Shown one piece after another: positions 40,101-47,800 of a stretch of DNA of 64,000 nt. The notes under the pieces are model-generated. The model did no database searches. It was given only the letters and a program-made list of their open reading frames with translations, and was not told the DNA's origin. The stretch's first letter is position 1; every line of letters begins with the position of its first letter. A program made the translations under genes and the position numbers. The stretch is from Candidatus Latescibacterota bacterium (GTDB taxonomy: Bacteria > Latescibacterota > UBA2968): positions 4,224,001 to 4,288,000 of the forward strand of contig OZ220741.1 in assembly GCA_965116885.1 (NCBI GenBank), given 5' to 3'.

Positions 40101-40440
40101 GAAAGACCAGATGGTTAACAGTCCTATCTCTGACGATTCTAAACTTAGTGGTCTGGCAATGGAGGATCACAAATGGGGCATTTACCCAGCACCCAATCCT
40201 TTCAATACAACCACTGTATTGGGTTTTTACACGTCGGGAGGCCCTGTTGATGTGACCATATATAACATCCTGGGCCAACCCATCCGTCAGTTGGTACAAC
40301 AGCATTTGCCAGCCGGATATTATCGGCGTATATGGGATGGAAAAAATGACTTTGGAGTATCTGTGAGTTCTGGAATCTATATAGTCTTTCTAAAAGATAA
40401 GAAAGCGACATTTACACAGCGCGTCGCGCTCTTGAAGTGA
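37129..40440 (+). CDS. Secreted protein with five lamin-tail domains, an Ig-like domain and a C-terminal FlgD/sorting domain
   Basis: Signal peptide; 5x (I/F)(N/S)E...D.N.DG...FVE..N.G....D..G..L.D; C-terminal PNPFN...YNILGQ...WDGKND.G..VSSGIY; GGGAGGT RBS. Confidence 0.85.
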   Translation: MMKCGIVVVMVGMLWGGQIFGAEKDVVINEVLADPPAGDRGDANRDGNWPKTNYEDEFVEILNTGSDTVAIGGWELSDKKPGSKGPFTFPPDTKIAPGEYIVLFGGGDITKIKSKFEGKVFVDDGKIGGGLTNSGDAVFLIKTEGDTIAKAEWGKEGGKDQSLVRYPDGTGRWVLHSADPGKGLFSPGKPRSLFDKLESLPEYLDLIEGEFVSLIPVIYSYETGETRRIEDEVLWVSWDTTVVRIEHGDKVVAVRAGETEVGFFWRGRESLHTYIRVLEKEKPPLVISEVYPNPAWGDAGDTNGDGVRHTYQDEFIEVANQGKNPIDIGGYYLGDDDASIDRLFRFPDNTVLDTQAVVVLFGGGDMPLSERIFADDGRIGDGLSNWSDTVQLLAPDSSTVVASMVYERSTRGVSFVRDDNGNYVLHNQIYEEDSTSVGRLKPGDDPIEPEGLTDTLTVPDGIAFSEILMLPEQVDANNDGIVDRHTDAFVELTNIGVDTLDLSGWMIGDDDIIVSRFFPFPDNVVLVPGGYITIFGGGTPVGIPGTVLSAGDQIGNGLSSGGDVVHLIMSDGKTVARSVRVPKATPDVSWLFSPDAPPKLHPQISGRQAMSPGTSSDGQEGPSIDTANRDTLDTQFPKNLVISEVYPNPAAGDAGDTNGDGGRHTYQDEFVEIANLGVHLIDIGGYYLGDDDVPVEKLFRFPDSTVLDTQAVVVLFGGGDMPLSERIFADDGRIGDGLSNRGDTVQLLAPDGSTVISKMTYENAPKGISFARDDNGNYLLHNQIYEEENISVGRLGQGDDPDQHEGLTVSNDIVFSEILMLPEQVDANNDGIVDRHADAFVELTNIGVDTLDLSGWMIGDDDIIVSRFFPFPDDVILVPGGYITIFGGGTPVGIPGTVLSAGGQIGNGLSSGGDVVHLILPDSKTVVRSVRVPKATPDVSWLFSPDASPLLHPQISGRQAMSPGTSSIAEAESDTLIGVDGVSGKPSVSEGKDQMVNSPISDDSKLSGLAMEDHKWGIYPAPNPFNTTTVLGFYTSGGPVDVTIYNILGQPIRQLVQQHLPAGYYRRIWDGKNDFGVSVSSGIYIVFLKDKKATFTQRVALLK
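37984..40029 (+). repeat. Intragenic ~1 kb direct duplication (about 37984-38976 and 39049-40029)
   Basis: Long near-identical nucleotide stretches, e.g. TCCGAAATTCTGATGCTACCCGAACAGGTAGATGCCAACAACGATGGG at 38521 and 39574. Confidence 0.9.
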
Positions 40441-40474
40441 GAAGCAAAATCCAATAGAAGGGAGGTGAAACAGG

Positions 40475-40756
40475 ATGGCACAACCCGAAATTACATTCCG
40501 TCATGGTCTGTGCAGTGCTTCGATTTTCGAAAATGAATACACGCGTGGTGGAGATTCTTTCACCGTACGCACGGTTTCATTTCAGCGAAGTTATTTGGAC
40601 AAAGATGGGAATTGGCAAAGGACCAATAGCCTGAACGTAAACGACATACCCAAAGCCGTATTGGTGTTAAATAAAGCGTATGAGTTTTTGACATCGAACA
40701 GCCAGGCTGAAGCAGAAGCAGATGATGCGGCTGCAATAGCAGATGAACAGGTTTGA
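40475..40756 (+). CDS. Small putative single-stranded nucleic-acid-binding protein with acidic tail
   Basis: ASIFENE...TVSFQRSY.DKDG.W..TNSL...DIPKA..VL.KAYEFL followed by an acidic tail; AAGGGAGGTGA RBS. Confidence 0.6.
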   Translation: MAQPEITFRHGLCSASIFENEYTRGGDSFTVRTVSFQRSYLDKDGNWQRTNSLNVNDIPKAVLVLNKAYEFLTSNSQAEAEADDAAAIADEQV

Positions 40757-40812
40757 GGAATTGGTGTACTAATACCTCATACCCTTTCATTTATCAGTCC
40801 GATAATTCAAAT

Positions 40813-40852
40813 ACAAAAAGGTCCATCTAATAGCATAGTTGGACCTTTTTGT
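40813..40852. terminator. Bidirectional intrinsic terminator
   Basis: ACAAAAAGGTCCA...TGGACCTTTTTGT between convergent genes. Confidence 0.8.
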
Positions 40853-40897
40853 GTTATGAACCGTTATTTTATTTTTTGTATGGTTTGCTTCGAGCAT

Positions 40898-41194
40898 CTA
40901 CTCGTCCAAAGGCTCATGCAATGCTTTCTTGATCAGAACGCCAGCTTTGAAATAGCTCTTTCGCCGCGCAGGAACATAAACAATCTCGCCTGTGCGGGGG
41001 TTGCGTGCAGCGGGTTTTGGTTTGGTCGGCTTGATGCCCAGCACACCAAATCCCCTGATTTCGATTCGGTCACCGGCGATCAGGTTTTCGCGCATCGTGT
41101 TAAAAAGTGTATTTACAATCTCATAAGCGAGTTGTTTTTTGATTCCCAGACGATCGGAAATTTTTAACGCGATATCTTTTTTTGTCATTGTCAT
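40898..41194 (-). CDS. HU/IHF family DNA-binding protein
   Basis: MTKKDIA...RIEIRGFG....ARNPRTGE...VPARR...FKAG; GGGAGGA RBS. Confidence 0.92.
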   Translation of the reverse strand: MTMTKKDIALKISDRLGIKKQLAYEIVNTLFNTMRENLIAGDRIEIRGFGVLGIKPTKPKPAARNPRTGEIVYVPARRKSYFKAGVLIKKALHEPLDE

Positions 41195-41353
41195 TCGGTC
41201 CTCCCATTTCACATATATTGTCACGACATTGGCTAATATAGCCCTAAACATCTAAGATGCAAGATAAAAATGTCTCACACTCGTCACAAAATTGAAAAAT
41301 TGCTTTTGCTTTGTATGTCGCTTATTTTATTATTGTTAGCGAGGATAATATAC

Positions 41354-42181
41354 ATGAGAACAAAATCGGAAACCAGTGTAATACACCGCGTCACGCGATA
41401 TGATGGCTCTACGGGCAAATCCGCGGATGATGTACTCGTCGTAGAGGAACCACTTGAAATTCGCGTTGCCGGAGAATCCGTTGCCGTGACCATGCGAACG
41501 CCGGGAGCGGACCGCGCCCTTGCGCTGGGATTTCTGTATGGTGAGGGCATCATCCGTGAAATCCGCGATATCGGGCGTGCAGAACACTGTGGGCGCCCGG
41601 GGACTCCTGAGTATGGAAATGTGATCGATGTTCTCCCTCGCCCGGGCGAGATGCTTGACCCCGAAAGGATTCGGGCGGGACGAAGAGGCACACTGACTTC
41701 ATCGGCGTGCGGGGTATGTGGGCGCGAGCAGATCGAAGATATGATGCAACGGTGCCAACCCATTGGCGACGCCCGTGCCGTTCAAGCGGCAATGATTTTT
41801 TTTGCACAGGAGCAAATGCGTCAATCTCAATATGTGTTTGCACAAACAGGGGGCGTTCATGCTGCTGCCGCATTTTCTGAAACAGGGGATATGTATTGCT
41901 GTTTTGAAGATATTGGCCGGCACAATGCAGTAGATAAGGTTGTGGGGCATTTGCTCGAAACGCATAACATAGTAGAAGGGGAGGGAGTTCAGATACTCGC
42001 GGTGAGCAGCAGAGCGAGTTTTGAAATCGTACAAAAGGCCGTTGTTGCACGCATACCTGTCGTGGTTGCCGTATCTGCGGCGAGTTCATTGGCAGCAGAT
42101 CTCGCACAGGCGATGGGAATAACTCTTATTGGCTTTGCGCGCGGCAACAGGATGGTCATTTATACAGGGACTGTGCAATAG
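41354..42181 (+). CDS. fdhD: Formate dehydrogenase accessory sulfurtransferase FdhD
   Basis: EEPLEI, MRTPG, SACGVCG, TGGVHAAA, EDIGRHNAVDK. Confidence 0.93.
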   Translation: MRTKSETSVIHRVTRYDGSTGKSADDVLVVEEPLEIRVAGESVAVTMRTPGADRALALGFLYGEGIIREIRDIGRAEHCGRPGTPEYGNVIDVLPRPGEMLDPERIRAGRRGTLTSSACGVCGREQIEDMMQRCQPIGDARAVQAAMIFFAQEQMRQSQYVFAQTGGVHAAAAFSETGDMYCCFEDIGRHNAVDKVVGHLLETHNIVEGEGVQILAVSSRASFEIVQKAVVARIPVVVAVSAASSLAADLAQAMGITLIGFARGNRMVIYTGTVQ

Positions 42182-42212
42182 GGTGGGGAAGAAGGTCTCG
42201 CATCCCTCTATA

Positions 42213-42240
42213 AGCGGTTGGGCCAATTGGCCCAACCGCT
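42213..42240. repeat. Perfect 28-bp palindrome
   Basis: AGCGGTTGGGCCAATTGGCCCAACCGCT is its own reverse complement. Confidence 0.9.
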
Positions 42241-42255
42241 AAATTTTGCCGTCTA

Positions 42256-42272
42256 TGGGAACACTATTTGCA
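42256..42272 (+). promoter_or_regulatory. Candidate sigma-54 promoter of the ABC/RND operon
   Basis: gGGAACACTATTTGCa: GG-N10-GC with TTGC, 47 bp before ATG 42319; imperfect -24 box. Confidence 0.45.
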
Positions 42273-42318
42273 AATTTCAGGTCTAATCGTTGGCAAAGGT
42301 AAATGAGGAGCCATACGG

Positions 42319-43212
42319 ATGATCATTCGGATTTCAAACCTGACAAAAATATATCGCCGTGGCGCGGTTCCCGCCCTGGATGATGTCACATTGACCATTC
42401 CTCACGGAACATTTGGTCTGCTGGGACCCAATGGTGCGGGCAAGACAACGCTGATTAAAATTTTATCGACTCAGATGGACGCATCGAGCGGCAACGTGAC
42501 CATGGATGAGTTTGACCTCGTAAAAGACCGCACAGAAATTCGCCGGCGCCTGGGATATTTGCCCCAGCACTTTGGGACGTATCCGCAATTGACGGCCTGG
42601 GAATTTCTCGATTATATGGCTGTTTTGGGCGGCATGCATAATAGAAGTTCGCGTTTGAATCGCGTGGAGCAAGCTCTAAACGAAGTCGGCTTGTACGAAG
42701 CGCGCAATCGGCGTTCGGGCACATTTTCCGGTGGCATGATGCGCCGCCTTGGTATTGCACAAACCATTTTGACCGATCCAGAGTTTCTCATTGTCGATGA
42801 ACCCACCGTAGGACTCGACCCGGAAGAGCGCATCCGATTCCGGGGGATTTTGGGACGCTTGAGCAGCGATCGTGCAATTTTGATTTCCACGCATATTGTG
42901 GGCGACATTTCAAGCACCTGTGAAGATCTTGCGGTTTTGGATACCGGCCGGCTGATCTTTCGCGGTTCTCCCGGAGAACTCATTTCAAAAGCCGATGGCA
43001 AAACGTGGGAAGTACAGGTTGATGACGCTGGCTTTGAAATGCTGTCGCGTGTGTTTCGCGTGGTCACAGTAAATGTTGAGGGCGACATGATGCGTTTGCG
43101 TATGGTGGGCGATGGCGAGCCACCCGCTGATGCCGAAGCAGTCGCGCCCAATCTCGAAGATGCCTATGTCTATTTTGTCGGAGGCGATACCACAGGCGAA
43201 ATTGCCGCTTAA
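42319..43212 (+). CDS. ABC-2-type transporter ATP-binding protein
   Basis: GPNGAGKTT, YLPQ, FSGGM, IVDEPT, STH, C-terminal PNLEDAY. Confidence 0.93.
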   Translation: MIIRISNLTKIYRRGAVPALDDVTLTIPHGTFGLLGPNGAGKTTLIKILSTQMDASSGNVTMDEFDLVKDRTEIRRRLGYLPQHFGTYPQLTAWEFLDYMAVLGGMHNRSSRLNRVEQALNEVGLYEARNRRSGTFSGGMMRRLGIAQTILTDPEFLIVDEPTVGLDPEERIRFRGILGRLSSDRAILISTHIVGDISSTCEDLAVLDTGRLIFRGSPGELISKADGKTWEVQVDDAGFEMLSRVFRVVTVNVEGDMMRLRMVGDGEPPADAEAVAPNLEDAYVYFVGGDTTGEIAA

Positions 43213-43226
43213 AGGATTAATACACT

Positions 43227-46200
43227 ATGCTATCTATTTTTTACAATGTATGGGGCGTTGCGCGTTATGAGCGCAAAATGCTCTTGAGAACCACAAAATT
43301 CCGTATTTTGGGCGGCCTGGGTATGAGTATTCCCGTTTTGCTCGGCATCGGCTTTGCCATAGCAGAGGCCAACGGTGCTGAGCTACCTGTGGGCATTGAT
43401 TCTTATGTTCCATTTTTGGTGTACAGTTTCTTACAGACTATTGTCATTGCATTTATTGTGGGGGATTTTAGAGCAGCGGATGAACAGGCACATATTTACG
43501 AAGTTGTAGCCGGGCGTCCCATTTCAACTGCGGAGCTGGTTGCGGGTAAGTATCTGGGCATTGTTAGTGCGCTTATCTTTTTGAGCCTGGGCGTTCTACT
43601 TTTAACCCTGAGTATCCAGGCTGCAAAAATCAGCATGACGGGTAATCCATTTACAATAAAACCCTATATCAGCTACCTCGTGCTCATGAACCTGCCCGCC
43701 CTGATTTTTATGTCTTCTGTAACATTTTTCCTGGGTGCAGTGTTGCGACGACAAGCGGCAGTTGCTCTGATAGTGATCGGATATTTGCTGGCCGTCCTGT
43801 TATTCCTCGGCAGGCGATATGACGGCATCTACGACTTTGGTGCTTTTTTTACGCCTCTGTATTATTCCGACCTGATTGGTCTGGCAGATATTACGCAAGT
43901 GGGACTACAACGCCTGTTTTACATCTTACTCGGCATTGGATTTTTTGGCTTTTCAATTGATTGGTATCCCCGTCTTGCACATTCCATAGTCGCGCGGTGG
44001 TTTGGCCGAGGATGCGCGCTGACCGGTTTTGGTCTGGCTGTGGGCCTTTACTTTTATATGGATGCAGACGCGCAAGACGGGAAAGCGTATCGCACCTCGT
44101 TGTTAGAGCAACAGGAAGCAGTTGCGAATATTTCCGTCGCGGAAATAACCCATTACGATCTGGCATTGACGCTTTTGGGAGAGGAGCCGCTTGCTGCCTC
44201 AGGTACGATTAGATTGAAAAATCCCCACGAAGCGCCACTCGATACGCTGATTCTTTTGCTCAATCCCGGATTTAAAATCCAGAGTCTGATGCGCGGCGAT
44301 GGCGGCACAATAGCGTGGGAGCGGATGGGAAGTGTGATCCGCGTCGTGCCCGACAACCCTCTGCAATCGGAGCAAGCACTCGATCTGACATTGGCTTATG
44401 CGGGTGATATTAACACAGATGGTTTTGATCTCCAACGAGAAAAAGCCAGACCAAAGTTACGCAAACGCGAAGGGCCATTTGGTATATTTAATAAGGGCTC
44501 TTTGACGGCGTGGATTCGCGACAATTCCATCTTTTTGCCTCCGCGCAGCCGATGGTATCCCGTAACGGGCGTTGATTACGGCTATGAAGATGCGCGTGCG
44601 GTCTCTTTTTCAACGGCAAATTTGCAAATAACATATCCGCAAGGCATCGAAGTCATTACTCAGGGGCAGGTAGGCGAGGCTGATACGCTCGGCACACAGA
44701 TAACGCGCCAATGGATCGTCGAAAAACCCGTGCCCGTCCTGTCGCTAAATGCAGGCGAATATCGCGTTTATCGCGCGACCATTCACGACGTCGAATGCGC
44801 CCTTTACGCCCATCCATCCCATCTGCGTCCGGTCCGATTTTTTGAAGGTGCCGAAGAAGAGATTTTGCGTGCGCTTGAGCAAATCATGGACGCAATGGAA
44901 CAAGAATCGGGCATGAAATATCCCTATCCCAGTCTTTCTTTAGTAGAAATCCCCTTCCATGTTCAATGGTATTACGAAGGCTGGGAAGAAAAGGGCGGGT
45001 TGACACAGCCCGGCGTGTTGATGATTGAAGAGGATGTGTTCATGAGGCAGCAATTTACCCGAGATTTTAAGCGTTCTCAAGAGCGCTCACGCGGCAATCG
45101 TGAACCCAAAGATATTAAAAAAGATCTTTTGGTACGCGCTGTTTTTTCGACCTTTTTTTCCAGAGAAGGAAATTCGGGTAGGCAGGGACAACCCGGTGGG
45201 TTATTTCGCAGCCCTGTTGTTCAACTCTGGGCTTATGACAAGCAGTTTGTGGGCGAACATCATTCCCTTCTCAAAAAGGGCATGCCCCTGTATCTCCAAA
45301 ATGATTTGAGTTCCAATATGACCTCTGCTTTTTATTCGAGCCAACGACGCGGTGGTGGTGGCGATAGGGGGCGTGGCGGTCGCGATGGTCCCGGTGGGCG
45401 CGGTGGTCCCGGTGGGCGCTTCGGGTCGGGCGGGGGATCGGGTGCTGCCTGGGATACGTTAATTGCGAAAATGCAGCGAAAGTCGTTTGCCGATTTGAAT
45501 CCCGAAAAGCAAGCCGGCCTCTATCGCCAGGTTCTCGACGCCAAGGGGCCCGCACTTTTTCAAATGATGGAATCTTTTTTGGGGGAGGAAACATTTCGCA
45601 CGGTCTTAGACGACATAGACCACAATCACAAATACGAAAACATTGATTTTTCGACCTTTGAACGCGCTGCTGTGGGCGATACCACAGAAAGTGCAGAGAG
45701 CCAAAAATTGCAACGCCTCGTCAACGACTGGATTTTCAGTACAGAAATCCCGGGCTATACTCTTACAAGGGTAAAAGCCCTGAAAATGGACGACGGATTT
45801 GGAATGGTGGTCTATCAATTGATTCTGAGAATTAAGAATAGCGAACCGGGCAGGGGATATGTGCAAATTACGGCTACGGGGCGAGGCGATGAAGCCCTGA
45901 AGGGCGTAGAGATTGAAGGCGGACAGGAAATTGAAGTGTCGATGGTCTTGTGGGAACAGCCCTTCAGGGTGATGGTCGAACCCTTTTTTGCACGCAATCG
46001 ACGACCTCTTATGTCACCCGTGCGCGTTCCCGAAGATGTCACAGAGGGATTTCCGGTCGCTTATGTCAAAGACGTGACGGGCGAAGAGTCTGGTCCTGTT
46101 GAGATTATTGTAGATAATGACGACGATGAATTTTCTATGCCCGTGCGACGTGCAACGCGCTACTTCCGTCCGGGACTCAAAGGCGGCAACTGGCGCGAAC

Positions 46201-46715
46201 AAGGCCTGCCAATGGCTTTCGGACGATTTGAGACAAATTATCGAAGAAAGTCTCAAGGGGATGGTGCACAGCCTGCGGTTTGGGCAGCGCAAATGCCCAG
46301 AGACGGCGAGTTTGATGTAAGTTTCTATTTTGTCGATCCCGCAATGGCCAGGCGCATTCGAATTGCATCGACCTTTACACTCACGGTTTTTCACGGGGGC
46401 AAAGCCGATACACTCGAAATAGAACGCGACCAGATGAAAGCGGGATGGAATTATCTGGGGCGATACAAATTTACCGAGGGCGAAGAAGCCGCAGTCGAAT
46501 TGTCTGACCGCGCGGAAGGGCGAGGGGGGCTCTATGCCGATGCCGTGCGATGGCGCTTTTTTGATCCGGAAAACCCCGATGCCTACGAAGATGAAATGCC
46601 CACCTTTACTGGGCGCGGCAGAGGTGGACCAGGTGGTGGGCCTGGGGGGCGCGGCGGGGATGGTAGGCGAGGTCCCGGTGGTAACAGAGGTGGCGGCGGG
46701 TTTTTGGGCTTTTAA
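43227..46715 (+). CDS. ABC-2 permease fused to a degenerate M1-aminopeptidase-like region and a Golvesin/xanthan-lyase CBD-like domain
   Basis: N-terminal multi-TM region (RPISTAELVAGKYLG); ITHYDL..L, RWYP, YPYPSLSLVE and KG..LF.M (M1-like, no HExxH); C-terminal IIVDNDD...GWNYLGRY.F...ADAVRW. Confidence 0.75.
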   Translation: MLSIFYNVWGVARYERKMLLRTTKFRILGGLGMSIPVLLGIGFAIAEANGAELPVGIDSYVPFLVYSFLQTIVIAFIVGDFRAADEQAHIYEVVAGRPISTAELVAGKYLGIVSALIFLSLGVLLLTLSIQAAKISMTGNPFTIKPYISYLVLMNLPALIFMSSVTFFLGAVLRRQAAVALIVIGYLLAVLLFLGRRYDGIYDFGAFFTPLYYSDLIGLADITQVGLQRLFYILLGIGFFGFSIDWYPRLAHSIVARWFGRGCALTGFGLAVGLYFYMDADAQDGKAYRTSLLEQQEAVANISVAEITHYDLALTLLGEEPLAASGTIRLKNPHEAPLDTLILLLNPGFKIQSLMRGDGGTIAWERMGSVIRVVPDNPLQSEQALDLTLAYAGDINTDGFDLQREKARPKLRKREGPFGIFNKGSLTAWIRDNSIFLPPRSRWYPVTGVDYGYEDARAVSFSTANLQITYPQGIEVITQGQVGEADTLGTQITRQWIVEKPVPVLSLNAGEYRVYRATIHDVECALYAHPSHLRPVRFFEGAEEEILRALEQIMDAMEQESGMKYPYPSLSLVEIPFHVQWYYEGWEEKGGLTQPGVLMIEEDVFMRQQFTRDFKRSQERSRGNREPKDIKKDLLVRAVFSTFFSREGNSGRQGQPGGLFRSPVVQLWAYDKQFVGEHHSLLKKGMPLYLQNDLSSNMTSAFYSSQRRGGGGDRGRGGRDGPGGRGGPGGRFGSGGGSGAAWDTLIAKMQRKSFADLNPEKQAGLYRQVLDAKGPALFQMMESFLGEETFRTVLDDIDHNHKYENIDFSTFERAAVGDTTESAESQKLQRLVNDWIFSTEIPGYTLTRVKALKMDDGFGMVVYQLILRIKNSEPGRGYVQITATGRGDEALKGVEIEGGQEIEVSMVLWEQPFRVMVEPFFARNRRPLMSPVRVPEDVTEGFPVAYVKDVTGEESGPVEIIVDNDDDEFSMPVRRATRYFRPGLKGGNWREQGLPMAFGRFETNYRRKSQGDGAQPAVWAAQMPRDGEFDVSFYFVDPAMARRIRIASTFTLTVFHGGKADTLEIERDQMKAGWNYLGRYKFTEGEEAAVELSDRAEGRGGLYADAVRWRFFDPENPDAYEDEMPTFTGRGRGGPGGGPGGRGGDGRRGPGGNRGGGGFLGF

Positions 46716-46732
46716 TTTAAGGGAGGCTGGAC

Positions 46733-47800
46733 GTGAAGTTTGATTTTTGCTCAAAATTTCTGTTGGCAATTGTCCTTTGTGGGATAGTCGCCTGCGATCA
46801 ACAGGCGGAACAGCGCACAGTTGATCTGACGGTCCCCGTTACTGTTCAATCCGTAGAGACGGGAACAATAGAATCCATTGTGACAGCTACCGGAACACTC
46901 AGGCCCGTGCGCGAAGCCCAGATTACAACGGAGATTCGGGGAAGTCTGTACTGGAGCAAAGGGGGTAACAACCGCTTGCTCGCCAAAGGATCAGAGGTTA
47001 GAAGGGGGCAGACTATAGCCAGGCTCGACAGCGATGAATGGGTTGTTGGGGCGCGGGTGGAAGCGCGCAAACTGGCGGTTGAAACAGCCAAGCGAACGCT
47101 AAAAGAACAGGAAACCCTGTTTAGCCGACAACTTTCAACGGAAATGGCCGTTGAAAGTGCGCGTAGAGCCTGGGCCGATGCAGAAGCCAATTATCAGGAT
47201 GCCCTCATCAAGATCGATAAAACTAAGCTTTTAGCCCCCATTCAGGGCGTGCTATCGGAACTCGCGGATATTACGCAGGGAACGCTGGTGACTCCGAATA
47301 CCGCAATTGCGAAAATTATGGATTATTCACAGGTATTTGTCGATCTGAAAATCCCCAATGCCCAGATTATTAATGTGGAATTAGGCCAGGGTATCCGCGT
47401 GAGCAATTACGCTTTGCCCGAAGAAGTTTTTGAGGGCGAAATTGTCGAGATGGATCCGGCTATTGATCCGGTCACGCGCACGGTTCAGGTCGTCGGAATG
47501 GTCGATAATCCCGACTTGCTGTTGCGGGCGGGGATGTTTGTCAAAACAGAAATAGTCACGGAATCGCGGCAAAATGTCGTACTTATTACGCGCAATCTCG
47601 TTTTGCGGCGGCGAAATCAGAAGGTCGTTTTCGTCGAAGAAGAAGGCCGCGCACAACAACGCGAAGTCGAAACAGGTCTGGAAGACCGAGACCGCGTGGA
47701 AATTGTGGTAGGACTTGAACCAGGTGAACAGTTGATCACGAGCAATTACGAAACGCTGAGGCCGCGAACTCGAGTGCGGGTCACGGGAGATAGACGATGA
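46733..47800 (+). CDS. RND efflux periplasmic adaptor (membrane fusion protein), lipoprotein
   Basis: Lipobox IVAC, ATGTL, APIQG, IDPVTRT, LRAGMF, V.TG....VEI..GL..GE. Confidence 0.92.
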   Translation: MKFDFCSKFLLAIVLCGIVACDQQAEQRTVDLTVPVTVQSVETGTIESIVTATGTLRPVREAQITTEIRGSLYWSKGGNNRLLAKGSEVRRGQTIARLDSDEWVVGARVEARKLAVETAKRTLKEQETLFSRQLSTEMAVESARRAWADAEANYQDALIKIDKTKLLAPIQGVLSELADITQGTLVTPNTAIAKIMDYSQVFVDLKIPNAQIINVELGQGIRVSNYALPEEVFEGEIVEMDPAIDPVTRTVQVVGMVDNPDLLLRAGMFVKTEIVTESRQNVVLITRNLVLRRRNQKVVFVEEEGRAQQREVETGLEDRDRVEIVVGLEPGEQLITSNYETLRPRTRVRVTGDRR

